Assembly (NCBI GenBank): GCA_003647645.1
Contig: QMNG01000001.1
Span: 7,938 to 71,937 of the forward strand
Length of the DNA: 64,000 nt
Reading direction: 5' to 3'
Source: a candidate division Kazan bacterium
GTDB taxonomy: Bacteria; Patescibacteriota; Kazan-3B-28
This document shows, piece after piece, positions 46,054 to 56,040 of this stretch. The position numbers and the translations under genes are program-made. Positions within the stretch are counted from its first letter, which is position 1, and each line of letters begins with the position of its first letter. The notes under the pieces are model-generated. The model ran no database searches. It was not told the origin of the DNA and saw only the letters and a list, made by a program, of their open reading frames with translations.

Positions 46054-46302
46054 TTAGATAACTACCTCAGTACCCTCTTTGATGGGCTTATCGACTTTCA
46101 GGCCGATAACATCGCCCTTCTTGGCCTTGTCCACACTTTCTTTTTCGATTTGCATAGATTCGACCTTCTGGGAGTGAATTTCTTCACCACCCTTTTTGAA
46201 AGTGACAGAGTCACCTAGCTTCAGCGGGCCGGCAAGCTCAACAATCGCTACGCCAATCTTGTCGTAGTAATGGGTTACCTTACCAACTTTTTTGTCAGCC
46301 AT
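46054..46302 (-). CDS. Small EF-Tu domain-2-like beta-barrel protein
   Basis: 82 aa; KVTHYYDKIGVAIVEL...LKLGDSV.F......Q.V.SMQ......D.A.KGD.IGLKV pattern of translation-factor domain II. Confidence 0.5.
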   Translation of the reverse strand: MADKKVGKVTHYYDKIGVAIVELAGPLKLGDSVTFKKGGEEIHSQKVESMQIEKESVDKAKKGDVIGLKVDKPIKEGTEVVI

Positions 46303-46343
46303 TTTATCCTCCCTTGGGTTAGGACTATGACTCTTGCATTATA

Positions 46344-47669
46344 CTACTTATTGGAACTTTTTTTGAGCACAATTTTTATCGGGGTGCCGGTGAAGTCCCA
46401 AACATTGCGAATCTGTTTTTCCAAGTATCTAAGGTAGGAAAAATGGACCTCTTCGGGACGATTCACTTTTAACTCAAATACTGGCGGATTTACATCTCTC
46501 TGGCTGGAGTAATAGAACTTCGGTGTGGTCCGTCTGCCCTTGGGGGGCTGAGAGCTAACCGCCTTGGCAATTAAGCGGTTGAGATCCTTGGTGGAAATTT
46601 TTAGATTTCTGGCTTGCCAGACAAATGCGATCTGTTCTAACAGCTTGTCTACCCGCTGGCCAGTCAGCGCGGAAATATAAACGCGGGGCATCCAAGTGGC
46701 AAACGCATATTTTGAATCGAGATATTTATCAAACTCAGCTGTAATTTTGTGGGTCTTGTCTATTAAATCCCATTTGTTAATGACTAAAATTGTGCCCTTC
46801 AAACTTTCTAGAATCATCTGCATGATGTGCATATCTTGGGCAACGACGCCTTTATCAGCTTCTGTTACCAGCAAACAGATGTCTGCCTGCTGAATGGAAC
46901 GCAGTACCCGCAAACTACTGAATTTTTCAATCCCCTGCTCTATTTTACCGCGGCGGCGCAGTCCGGCCGTATCAATGAACTCGATGATTTTATCTAGATA
47001 TTCAATTTGCTCGTTGATAGTATCTCTGGTAGTTCCGGGTATTTTACTGACCACGCTTCGCTTTTTGCCAATTAACTTGTTAAACAAAGTAGATTTGCCG
47101 ACATTTGGACGGCCTATAATAGCTACTTTGATAATTTCCTTATCCTTTTTCTTTTCGACTTTGGGCTTTTTAATTTCCCTGAGCTGTTTTACAATGCTAT
47201 CCAGTACATCCCCTACCCCCTTGCCACTAAGCCCGGAAGTTTCGTAAAAATTTTTAAAACCAAGACTATGAAACTCATTAACATTGGCTTGGCCAGACTT
47301 AGTATCGGTTTTGTTAACCAGTAGAACCACTGGTTTGTCGAGTTTGCGGATAATTTTTGCCGCCTTAACATCTTCTGGATTAAGGCCTTCCTTAGCGTCT
47401 ACCATGAACAGGACTAGATCGGCAGAATTAAGGGCCACTTTAGTTTGCAACAGAACGTCTTGGGCAAGTTGGGATTTATCATCCAGCTCAATCCCGGCTG
47501 TGTCAGCTATTGTGAAAGCCAGCCGATTCCAAGTAACTTCGCTGAATAAAACATCCCGGGTAGTTCCCGGTACTTCGGATAAAATCGCCTGTTTAGTGCC
47601 AATCAGGCGATTAAACAGGGTGGATTTGCCAACATTTGGGCGACCAACAATGGCAACTAGGTGACTCAT
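46344..47669 (-). CDS. der: Ribosome-associated GTPase Der/EngA
   Basis: Two GTPase domains (GRPNVGKSTLFN twice, DTAG twice, NKxD twice) plus KH-like C-terminus. Confidence 0.95.
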   Translation of the reverse strand: MSHLVAIVGRPNVGKSTLFNRLIGTKQAILSEVPGTTRDVLFSEVTWNRLAFTIADTAGIELDDKSQLAQDVLLQTKVALNSADLVLFMVDAKEGLNPEDVKAAKIIRKLDKPVVLLVNKTDTKSGQANVNEFHSLGFKNFYETSGLSGKGVGDVLDSIVKQLREIKKPKVEKKKDKEIIKVAIIGRPNVGKSTLFNKLIGKKRSVVSKIPGTTRDTINEQIEYLDKIIEFIDTAGLRRRGKIEQGIEKFSSLRVLRSIQQADICLLVTEADKGVVAQDMHIMQMILESLKGTILVINKWDLIDKTHKITAEFDKYLDSKYAFATWMPRVYISALTGQRVDKLLEQIAFVWQARNLKISTKDLNRLIAKAVSSQPPKGRRTTPKFYYSSQRDVNPPVFELKVNRPEEVHFSYLRYLEKQIRNVWDFTGTPIKIVLKKSSNK

Positions 47670-47742
47670 GGTCTTATATAAAAAAAGGGGGTTAATAAAA
47701 TAAACAGCTTAAGTTTTGGATACTTTGGCAAGATAAAGCGTC

Positions 47743-48672
47743 TTAAACCACCTCTATCCAAGAGTAGGCCCTGAGAGCCCAGTCCAAAGCTTCTTTCCCT
47801 TCTCTGAATCTGTCTGGACTGTTTAACAGCACAGCAATAACTCTTTGTCCGCTGCTGCCGACAGCCGAGGCTACCAGCGACTCTCCGGCTTCGTCAGTCG
47901 TACCGGTTTTTACACCGATTACATTTTTAAATCTGCCAATTAGCTCGTTGGTGTTGTTCAAACTGTGGCTTAAACGGCCGGTAATGTCATAAACCGTGGT
48001 CTTGTCAATGGCTACAATTTCAGCAAATATTTCGTTATTTAAAGCAACTCTGGTCATCTCAGCGATGTCGCGGGCCGTAGAATAGTGATCCGCCTCGTCA
48101 AAACCAATGTCATTGGTAAAATGCGTGTTGATCAAACCCATCTCTTGTGCTTTAGAATTCATGGCCCGGACAAAACTGGAGGGATCATCGGCAATTTCAG
48201 TGGCAAATACCGTGGCAGCATCATTGGCCGATTGAATTAGTAATCCTTTCAACAAATCAAGGGCTGTTAATCTCTCATTTTTATATAAATACATCCGGGA
48301 GCCAGTAGCTTCTGCCGCTATAGACGAAACCTGAATTGGCATGTCCAGATTGTTCTGATACTTATCCAATACTACCAAGGCGGTCATTATCTTGGTAAGG
48401 GACGCTATGGGTAGCCTGGCATCAGGATTTTTGGCGTACAGCACCCGACCGCTGTCTTGGTCCAAAATCATTACTGACTTGGCGGCTAACTCAGGTCCTG
48501 GATAGCCGGGATTTTTAATCGGACCAATCAAAGTATTTAAATTTTGAACAAAGCTTGTCAGGGTGTAATTGGCATCAAATATGTTAAAAGTCTCCAGAAG
48601 TTGTCCCTGTATAGTGTTGAGAGCGCCCGAAAAAAATTGGGCGATTACTAATATTAACGCTAATGATTTCAC
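47743..48672 (-). CDS. D-alanyl-D-alanine carboxypeptidase (S11, PBP5/6-like)
   Basis: Signal peptide; SLTKIMT (SxxK), QSAND (SxN), KTGTT (KTG). Confidence 0.85.
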   Translation of the reverse strand: MKSLALILVIAQFFSGALNTIQGQLLETFNIFDANYTLTSFVQNLNTLIGPIKNPGYPGPELAAKSVMILDQDSGRVLYAKNPDARLPIASLTKIMTALVVLDKYQNNLDMPIQVSSIAAEATGSRMYLYKNERLTALDLLKGLLIQSANDAATVFATEIADDPSSFVRAMNSKAQEMGLINTHFTNDIGFDEADHYSTARDIAEMTRVALNNEIFAEIVAIDKTTVYDITGRLSHSLNNTNELIGRFKNVIGVKTGTTDEAGESLVASAVGSSGQRVIAVLLNSPDRFREGKEALDWALRAYSWIEVV

Positions 48673-48748
48673 GTGATAGAAGATTTTAGAAAATAATAGT
48701 TTTGTTTTTGGTTATATCGCATTATACAACCCAAATTACATTTCAGGG

Positions 48749-50134
48749 TTATTTCTTTTTGTTCTTTATAATTAATCCCAACTCTTTGAGAGCCGTATCG
48801 TCTAGGGGTTTGGGGGAGTTCATCATCGGGTCGCGTGCTTTGTCGGTCTTGGGAAAGGCAATAACCTCGCGGATATTCGGTTCATTCTGAAGAATCATAA
48901 CTAGCCTATCAATGCCGGGAGCAATGCCGCCGTGGGGCGGTGCGCCATATTTGAAGGCATCTAGCATGTGGCCGAATTTGGCCTCGATTGTTTTTTCATC
49001 TATTCCTAAAATATTAAATATCTTTTGCTGAATTTTTGCGTCGTGAATACGCAAAGAGCCGCTGCCGACTTCATAGCCATTGAGAACTAAATCATATGAA
49101 GTGCTAACTATCTTCCCGGGATCTTTATCAAGCAGTTTAATTTGGTCAGTTTTGGGTGCGGTAAAGGGATGGTGTTCAGAGGCTAACTTTCCGTTTTCCT
49201 TGGCAAATAACGGAAAATCTGTGATGAACGCAAAGGCCAGTTCATTATTGTCCTTCTTGTTTCTACGCAGGTCAGGCTTATCTGTCTTATATTTCTTTAT
49301 CGCCTCTTTGTAGGTAATACGCGGCCATGGTTCGGTGGTAATTTTTTTGTCTGGATAGAGGGTTTTAACTAATTCCGTAAACATTTCTTCTGTTAGCTTT
49401 AGGATATCGTCCTCATCAACAAATGACATCTCCAAATCCAGTTGGGTAAATTCAGGCTGACGGTCTCCCCGACTGTCTTCATCCCGCATACAGCGGGCAA
49501 TTTGGTAATATCTTTCAAAACCAGCCACCATTAAAAGTTGCTTGTACTGCTGCGGACTTTGGGGCAGAGCATAGAAACTGCCCGGGTATTTGCGGCTGGG
49601 GATAACGTAATCCCTGGCTCCCTCCGGTGTGGCTGATGTGATAATAGGTGTTTCTATTTCAACAAACTTGCGGTTATCCAGCCAGTTTCTTAAAAAGTTA
49701 ATAACTTTATGGCGCATTAGTAAGTTTCTGTGAATCCGTTCATGCCTGAGGTCCAGATAACGATACTTCAGGCGCAACTCTTCATCTGTGGCTTTCTCTC
49801 TGTCTATTTCAAATGGTGGAGTTTGAGACTCGTTTAAAATCTTGAATTCACTTGCCCGAATCTCGATCGTGCCAGTGGGAATTTTGTCGTTTACATTTTT
49901 ACTGTTCCGTTTAACAACTTTCCCTTTTACATAGACCACCGACTCCGGCTTGGCGTCCTCGGCCATTTGGCGAAACTTATTTTTGTCATCAAAGACCACC
50001 TGAACAAGGCCAAAACCATCGCGCAAATCAATAAATATGATCTGGCCCATATTTCGGATACTTCGAATCCAGCCGTATAAATTAACTTCTTTGCCGATTT
50101 TCTGCGGAGTATCTGATGTAAAAATTCTTTCCAT
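48749..50134 (-). CDS. aspS: Aspartyl-tRNA synthetase, bacterial type lacking the GAD insertion
   Basis: QSPQQYKQLLMVAGFERYYQIARCMRDEDSRGDRQPEFTQLDLEMSF, GGIAPGIDRLVMIL; DKPDLR is followed within ~15 aa by ITDFPLF, so the ~130-aa GAD domain is absent (461 aa). Confidence 0.9.
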   Translation of the reverse strand: MERIFTSDTPQKIGKEVNLYGWIRSIRNMGQIIFIDLRDGFGLVQVVFDDKNKFRQMAEDAKPESVVYVKGKVVKRNSKNVNDKIPTGTIEIRASEFKILNESQTPPFEIDREKATDEELRLKYRYLDLRHERIHRNLLMRHKVINFLRNWLDNRKFVEIETPIITSATPEGARDYVIPSRKYPGSFYALPQSPQQYKQLLMVAGFERYYQIARCMRDEDSRGDRQPEFTQLDLEMSFVDEDDILKLTEEMFTELVKTLYPDKKITTEPWPRITYKEAIKKYKTDKPDLRRNKKDNNELAFAFITDFPLFAKENGKLASEHHPFTAPKTDQIKLLDKDPGKIVSTSYDLVLNGYEVGSGSLRIHDAKIQQKIFNILGIDEKTIEAKFGHMLDAFKYGAPPHGGIAPGIDRLVMILQNEPNIREVIAFPKTDKARDPMMNSPKPLDDTALKELGLIIKNKKK

Positions 50135-50319
50135 AAACTAATATTAGCACAATGAAAACGATAAAACGTCAATCATTGGGCCAGAGTTCTATATTAAAAT
50201 AAAATTTTAATTTTGTGATAAATTTTGCAACTTCCAGAGCTGATTATCTTGACATCTGGGCAAAAAACTATAGGCTTGGAGAGAGTGTATTGTACCCTAT
50301 ATCGGGAGGTGACGTGCGT

Positions 50320-50697
50320 GTGAATACACCAGTCCAACTGCAGATCTTGCCTGTAATTCTGGTGGTGGATGATGACGAGTTCGTCAGAAAGATGCTCGAG
50401 AGCATGTTAACAAAGAGAGGATATTCGGTTTTAACTGCTGCTGACGGCAAAGAGGGTCTGAAGCAATTTGAAGACAATTCCGCGTCTGTTTCGCTGGTAA
50501 TTACAGATGTGGAAATGCCTGAAATGACAGGTCCAGACATGGTTAAACAGCTCCCGTCGAGTGTTCCTATCATCTTTATTTCGGGCAATTACGGCAATTC
50601 TCTAACCATTTCTTGCAGTAATTGGTTTGTATTTGTACCTAAGCCGATCGACAGCCAAAAACTGCTGGAGCTAATAGCCGGAATGGTCATTCACTAG
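50320..50697 (+). CDS. Stand-alone response-regulator receiver domain protein
   Basis: ILVVDDDEFVRKML...VITDVEMPEMTG...PKP pattern; GTG 50314 or 50320 after gggagg; track start 50215 is probably too long. Confidence 0.7.
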   Translation: MNTPVQLQILPVILVVDDDEFVRKMLESMLTKRGYSVLTAADGKEGLKQFEDNSASVSLVITDVEMPEMTGPDMVKQLPSSVPIIFISGNYGNSLTISCSNWFVFVPKPIDSQKLLELIAGMVIH

Positions 50698-50748
50698 CCA
50701 AACTCGGGCGAAAATTATACCCTTCGTCGCAAAGCGAGGGGTTTTTAT

Positions 50749-51069
50749 TTACTCGGTTGGCGACCCGCCCGTAAACATTGCAGTCAGTGATACAACAATA
50801 TTTTTCAGCATTGGCAGAATTCCCGGAAAGATAACCACAGCTAATACAATCCAAAGCCAATGCTTTTTGATCTGGTTGTACAGGAACGCTGCAATAGCCA
50901 GAACCAAAATAACTGAAACCACCCACTGGAACTGCTCCGGAAAAATGCCGATAAAACTGTTGTATGCACCGTAAATCCTATCAACAATAGTCTGGGTGGC
51001 CCCCTCGGCGGCCTCTTGTGCCTTATCGGCGATGGTGTTGGCGATAGAGTTTACTATAGTGTCTTCCAT
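50749..51069 (-). CDS. Small membrane protein, unknown function
   Basis: 106 aa with two hydrophobic helices; hairpin at ~50720-50745 between convergent genes. Confidence 0.4.
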   Translation of the reverse strand: MEDTIVNSIANTIADKAQEAAEGATQTIVDRIYGAYNSFIGIFPEQFQWVVSVILVLAIAAFLYNQIKKHWLWIVLAVVIFPGILPMLKNIVVSLTAMFTGGSPTE

Positions 51070-51076
51070 AGCATTT

Positions 51077-52090
51077 TCATTCTATCATAGCTTTGAAATC
51101 TTCCACTAACTTTACCGGAGTAGGATCGATACCCATTTTAAGCGCCAGATAATATGACGCAAAATCCATAACTATAAGCGTGGAAAACATCTTTTCCAAT
51201 TTAGTTTGGCCGAGCATATCCCAAACAGTCGCCTTCAACCCAATGGGCCGTTTGCGCAACAGATCTCCAGTGACCAACATTCGTTTATTAATCTTTGGAT
51301 CGTCATCAGGATCCCGTAGCATAACTATTCGATAGTTTCCTAACACATTGGAAAATCCCACCATTTCATTGTGATTGAGTTCGGGCAATACATTCCAAAA
51401 AGCTGGAATCTTCGAATTTTCGTTGAATTTAATCTTAGCAATCCGAGCAATCGGCCAATATTTGTCTGAAGCATATATAAGCGGAATTGTGCCAAATAAG
51501 CTCTCTCCGAGTTGCTTACCTTGGATTTCAGTATTAAGGCCCAAAAGGCTGTCGGCCATTTCTCTGACTTGACTTTCTGCTGATAGCGGAAGAAAGCCAA
51601 CTTTTTGAGCCAGCCCTACGAGAATAGCAAAAATATATCCAGATGACATCCGCGGCTGAAAGTTTTCTGATTCTTTTATCAATTTGATAAATTCTACCCT
51701 GTCTCGCATTGCCATATTTAGCAGCTTACCCCCGGAAGCAACGGCGACAATTTGAGCCCCTGTTTTAATAGCTTGCCTGTATGCTGATAAAGTTTCTTCT
51801 GTATTGCCAGAAAATGAAACAGCGATTACTAAAGTCTTTTCATCTAGTGGATGAGAAATATGATAGTTTCTGTTAATTAGCAATGGAGATTTAATGCTCT
51901 TTTCAAAAGCGCAATTTACTAAATCTCCGGCCAAAGCACTTCCGCCCATACCAGTGACAATTATTTTTTCCACGGGAGTTTTGACAGTAGTTTTCGTCAC
52001 CAAGTCAAAACCTTTCCCAAATTGTAAGGGATAGTTAGTAATCATTCTGTACATATTAGATGGGTCTGGATTTTTCATTTTATTTCGCAA
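51077..52090 (-). CDS. Bifunctional phosphoglucose/phosphomannose isomerase-like SIS protein
   Basis: SIS motifs VTGMGGSALAGD and VSFSGNTEET; size and C-terminal half fit the PGI/PMI family. Confidence 0.6.
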   Translation of the reverse strand: MRNKMKNPDPSNMYRMITNYPLQFGKGFDLVTKTTVKTPVEKIIVTGMGGSALAGDLVNCAFEKSIKSPLLINRNYHISHPLDEKTLVIAVSFSGNTEETLSAYRQAIKTGAQIVAVASGGKLLNMAMRDRVEFIKLIKESENFQPRMSSGYIFAILVGLAQKVGFLPLSAESQVREMADSLLGLNTEIQGKQLGESLFGTIPLIYASDKYWPIARIAKIKFNENSKIPAFWNVLPELNHNEMVGFSNVLGNYRIVMLRDPDDDPKINKRMLVTGDLLRKRPIGLKATVWDMLGQTKLEKMFSTLIVMDFASYYLALKMGIDPTPVKLVEDFKAMIE

Positions 52091-52931
52091 GTTTACGGAG
52101 CAGCTTAATATCTTTAATATCCTCCTTAATATTACCAGTGCGGGGAGTTTCCAAAATAAAGGGTAATTTTCTTAGCTTGGCAGTATGTAGCCAGTTTTTG
52201 AACGCTTGAGCTCCAATTTCCCCTTTGCCGATATTGGCATGCCTGTCTTTTTTGGAGCCGAGCCCGCATCCGCGTCTGGCATCATTCATATGAATAAATT
52301 TCAAATGCTTAAGACCTATCAGTCTATCAAATTTTCTTAATAGATCAGAAATATTTTTCTGGGTCCGAAGATCCGTACCAGACACAAACAGGTGGCAAGT
52401 ATCAAGACAAAAACCAAACCGTTTCTTGTTTTTGATACCTTTCCAAATGGCTCCCAACTCTTCAATGGTATCTCCTATCCGGTTGCCAGCACCGGCGTCA
52501 TTTTCAATAATTAATCTCACTGGCCATTTCTCGTCTGTTAATTCGGCTAATCTGTTTAAAGTTTTGATGGCTAGTTTGACCCCCTCTTGATTGCTATTTT
52601 GATTGCTGCCGCAATGAAAGTTGTAGCCGTCTGCTCCGATTCGATAAGCAATCTTAGCTTCCTCTTTAAGTTTTTTTAGGCTGAAATTTCTCAGAGTCAT
52701 CTTATGGCTGGCCGGATTAGGCAAATAGGCAGAATGGACCAGCACCTGTTTAACTCTAGAATTTTTCCAAGCTGTTTTAAATTTTTCTATTTCTTTATCG
52801 CTAACTTGAGGCGTCTGCCAAACTTGGGGAGAGCCAATAAAAATTTGAATTACGTCGCAAGTCAGCTCTTCGGCATCCTTAAAAGCATTATGTAATCCGC
52901 CAGCAGTAGAGACATGATATCCAAATAACAT
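52080..52931 (-). CDS. nfo: Endonuclease IV
   Basis: GYHVS.AGG, LIIENDAG, CLDTCHLF, HMNDA: TIM-barrel AP endonuclease metal-ligand blocks. Confidence 0.88.
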   Translation of the reverse strand: MLFGYHVSTAGGLHNAFKDAEELTCDVIQIFIGSPQVWQTPQVSDKEIEKFKTAWKNSRVKQVLVHSAYLPNPASHKMTLRNFSLKKLKEEAKIAYRIGADGYNFHCGSNQNSNQEGVKLAIKTLNRLAELTDEKWPVRLIIENDAGAGNRIGDTIEELGAIWKGIKNKKRFGFCLDTCHLFVSGTDLRTQKNISDLLRKFDRLIGLKHLKFIHMNDARRGCGLGSKKDRHANIGKGEIGAQAFKNWLHTAKLRKLPFILETPRTGNIKEDIKDIKLLRKLAK

Positions 52932-53068
52932 ATGAACGTATTATATCAACTTAAACTCTTTACATTATAAATTATGTATGGCTATATACTATAATGAGTC
53001 CAGTGGTCACCGACCCAGTTTCAGACTTGGAGAGTCTCAAGACTCGTTGAGAGGGTCTCTGACCCGAA

Positions 53069-53143
53069 GGGCGGGTTCGTCTATCGGCTAGGACGTCAGC
53101 TTCTCAAGCTGGAAAGACGGGTTCGATTCCCGTACCCGCTACC
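53069..53143 (+). tRNA. tRNA-Glu (anticodon CUC), CCA encoded
   Basis: Manual cloverleaf: acceptor GGCGGGT/ACCCGCT (G1-U72), D arm GTCT-ATCGGCTA-GGAC, anticodon arm TCAGC-TTCTCAA-GCTGG, T arm ACGGG-TTCGATT-CCCGT, A-CCA; 75 nt. Confidence 0.85.
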
Positions 53144-53355
53144 ACCCTATTGGCGACGCCAAGTAAAGTAAAGTCGGGGTAACTGGTAAATTTTTGCAGG
53201 CATTGGTTGTGTTGTCTGTTTAATCAATAAGTTTGAACAATAATACATCCAAACCAAGATTTTGCCTGCACCTGGCATATACTTTATACTACTTGTGATT
53301 GTCTCGGATACTTTTGCCAGGGGAATCAGTTCTTTAACAAAAAGGAGAAAAAACT

Positions 53356-54789
53356 ATGGCAACATTGCCAAAAATCATTCAGGGCGGTATGGGTGTGAAT
53401 ATCTCCGGCTGGCCATTGGCTCAAGCAGTCTCGAGACTCGGTCAGCAAGGTACGATTTCTGGTGTTGCATTAGAAAGGATCATGGCACGTATTCTACAGA
53501 GAGGAGATCCCGGTGGCCACATCCGCAGGGCACTTTCCAGTTTTCCTTTCCAAGATATTGCTGACAGAGTAGTTAGTAGATATTTTGTTCAAGGAGGAAT
53601 TTCTAAAACTGTGCCCTTTAAGAAAGTGCCTATATTCACTGTCAATATGCCGCGTCTTTTGATTGAGCTTATAATCTGTGCCAGCTTTGCATTTGTATGG
53701 TTGGCCAAAGAGGGGCATTCAAACGAGATTAGTATCAACTATATGGAAAAGGTGGCAATGCCCCACCTTTATGCCATTACGGGTGCAATGCTCGCCGGCG
53801 TAGATTGCATTACAATGGGAGCCGGAATTCCGCTTCAAATCCCAGCTGTGATTAACGCATTACTAGAGGGAAAATCCGTTGAATATCGGCTGCCAGTTAG
53901 TGGGACAAACATTGCTGGTTACACTATGAAGTTTAACCCTGAAAATTTCTTCGGTCGGCAAATCTCGTTTCCCAAAAGGCCAAAATTCCTTCCCATTGTT
54001 GCCTCGAATCTCCTCGCAAAGTTCTTTAAGAAGAAGTTGCCAGAAGGTAGTATATCGGGATTTGTCATTGAAGAACCAACCGCCGGTGGGCATAACGCAC
54101 CACCGAGGAAGATAATCCGAGATAAATCTGGTATCCCTCTGCCAATCTACGGTGCTAAGGACATTGTAGATTACGAAGAAATCGCAAGACTGGGTTTACC
54201 TTTCTGGATCGGTGGTTCACATGCTTCACCAAAAAAGCTTAGATGGGCACTTGATGCAGGTGCTGCCGGTATTCAAGCCGGCTCGATTTTCGCTTTGAGT
54301 GAGGAATCAGGGATGGATCCAGTGATTCGTAAAAGAATTCGCCAGTTGGGATTTGATGGCAACTTGCATGTCAAGACCGACATGCGAATTTCGCCGACGG
54401 GTTTCCCATTTAAGGTTGTATGTCTTAAAGGAACACTGTCAAATAGCATCATCTATAACGGCCGTGTCCGTATCTGCAATCATGGAGCGCTTACAGAACT
54501 CTATGAAAGACCTGATGGCAATGTGGGTTATAGATGCCCAGCTGAGATAGAGCAGCAATTCGTTATGAAGGGCGGAAAGATTGATGAAACCCTTGGTAGA
54601 GGATGTCTCTGCAGCGGTCTTCTATCAACAGCTGGCTATGGCGATCATGGTGAACCCCCGATTGTCACCCTCGGTGATGATGTTAGTTTTCTTCGAAAGC
54701 TCATGAAAGATCGCAGCTCATCGTACACTGTCGAGGATGCCATCAACTGGCTTCTTGACTGCCATAGGCCGCTAATCCAACATGGTTAG
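53356..54789 (+). CDS. Nitronate monooxygenase / FabK-like FMN oxidoreductase family protein
   Basis: IIQGGMGVNISGWPLAQAVSRLGQQGTISG and TAGGH blocks typical of the NMO family; 477 aa. Confidence 0.6.
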   Translation: MATLPKIIQGGMGVNISGWPLAQAVSRLGQQGTISGVALERIMARILQRGDPGGHIRRALSSFPFQDIADRVVSRYFVQGGISKTVPFKKVPIFTVNMPRLLIELIICASFAFVWLAKEGHSNEISINYMEKVAMPHLYAITGAMLAGVDCITMGAGIPLQIPAVINALLEGKSVEYRLPVSGTNIAGYTMKFNPENFFGRQISFPKRPKFLPIVASNLLAKFFKKKLPEGSISGFVIEEPTAGGHNAPPRKIIRDKSGIPLPIYGAKDIVDYEEIARLGLPFWIGGSHASPKKLRWALDAGAAGIQAGSIFALSEESGMDPVIRKRIRQLGFDGNLHVKTDMRISPTGFPFKVVCLKGTLSNSIIYNGRVRICNHGALTELYERPDGNVGYRCPAEIEQQFVMKGGKIDETLGRGCLCSGLLSTAGYGDHGEPPIVTLGDDVSFLRKLMKDRSSSYTVEDAINWLLDCHRPLIQHG

Positions 54790-54802
54790 CGGCCTCTTTT
54801 TT
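54767..54802 (+). terminator. Rho-independent terminator
   Basis: ggccgctaa-tccaacatgg-ttagcggcc followed by tctttttta; the stop codon lies in the stem. Confidence 0.7.
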
Positions 54803-54971
54803 ATGAACTTATCTTGATAACTGAATTATATCGCTGATACTCAGTGGACACACAACCTAGACAAATCGACAATGGGTTTAACGGCTGTCCATCTGAGTCT
54901 TTGCATTTGTATCCTTTAACCTACAAGCATCCGCCAGTTGACGGATGCTTGTTTCTATAATTTCTAGGAAT

Positions 54972-55169
54972 CTATTTCTTAGCTAAAATTGGCAAACCAG
55001 TGCGAGCGCTTTCCTTGATCTTGTAGCCAGCTGGTAGCTCATTGATCGATTCTGGCTTTACATCTTTGGAGAAATAGTAAATCCTCTGCTTGCGACCGCC
55101 TTTAAGGGTTACTTCCTTAGAGTTAAGGTAATAGGTATTGCCCTTGCTGTTTTTATGACTATAAGCCAT
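54972..55169 (-). CDS. Small basic hypothetical protein
   Basis: 65 aa; aggaggcg RBS before ATG; KGNTYYLNSKEV.LKGG..Q.IYYFSKD pattern. Confidence 0.5.
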   Translation of the reverse strand: MAYSHKNSKGNTYYLNSKEVTLKGGRKQRIYYFSKDVKPESINELPAGYKIKESARTGLPILAKK

Positions 55170-55412
55170 ACGCCTCCTAAATATTTAAGGATATATAATA
55201 TGTATTCATTTTACAGATATGCTTCTCCTTTGTCTAGGTGTAGGACCGAATCTGTCAAGGAGAGCCCCAAACTCAACGGCTTGGGGCTCAATAGTTTAGG
55301 GGATGTAAAAAGGAGTAAAGGTATTTAGCTTATGGGTACCACCTCCCCTATCCTGACGTACAGTCGTACAATCGCCAGCAGACAACAGGCAACCGTACGT
55401 TCTCATTATAAT

Positions 55413-55925
55413 CTAATTCAGGGTTTTTTCACCCGGCTGCCAATCTGCAGGACAGAGTTTGCCGGTTTGCAGTGCTTCCAGTGTCCGGAGTAGATCATTT
55501 ACACTTCTGCCAACACTGTCAGCTGATACAACCAGCCAGCTGATTTCGCCGTCCGGATTAATTACGAACGTGGCCCGCCTAGCAACACCTTTTTCATCAT
55601 CCAAAATTCCGTATTGATGGCTGATCTGCTTATTAAAATCGGAAAGCAGAGGGAAATTGAGCTCTCCCAGCTCCTTAGACCAAGCTTGATGCGAATAAAC
55701 ACTGTCCGTGCTAACCCCGAACACCTCTGCTCCTAATTTTTTAAAATCTTCTCTGGCTTTGCTTAGAGCGATAACTTCTGTGGGACAAACAAATGTAAAA
55801 TCTGTGGGATAGAAAAATAATACCACCCATTTGCCCTTATAGTTTGAAAGTTTAAATGTTTTAATGCTGTCATTGACATAGCCCTCAAGCACAAAGTCCG
55901 GTGCTTTATCTCTTACTGTGAGCAT
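55413..55925 (-). CDS. Peroxiredoxin (AhpC/Prx family)
   Basis: KWVVLFFYPTDFTFVCPTE peroxidatic Cys motif; ATG 55925 after taggagga preferred over 55964. Confidence 0.9.
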   Translation of the reverse strand: MLTVRDKAPDFVLEGYVNDSIKTFKLSNYKGKWVVLFFYPTDFTFVCPTEVIALSKAREDFKKLGAEVFGVSTDSVYSHQAWSKELGELNFPLLSDFNKQISHQYGILDDEKGVARRATFVINPDGEISWLVVSADSVGRSVNDLLRTLEALQTGKLCPADWQPGEKTLN

Positions 55926-56040
55926 ATTTCCTCCTAAATTAAATTCGTTTATAGTACCGACCATTATACACCATCTAAAGAATAAAAAACTGGGCAGCCG
56001 CTACGACTGCCCCAATGGACCAATTTACCGATGATATAGA

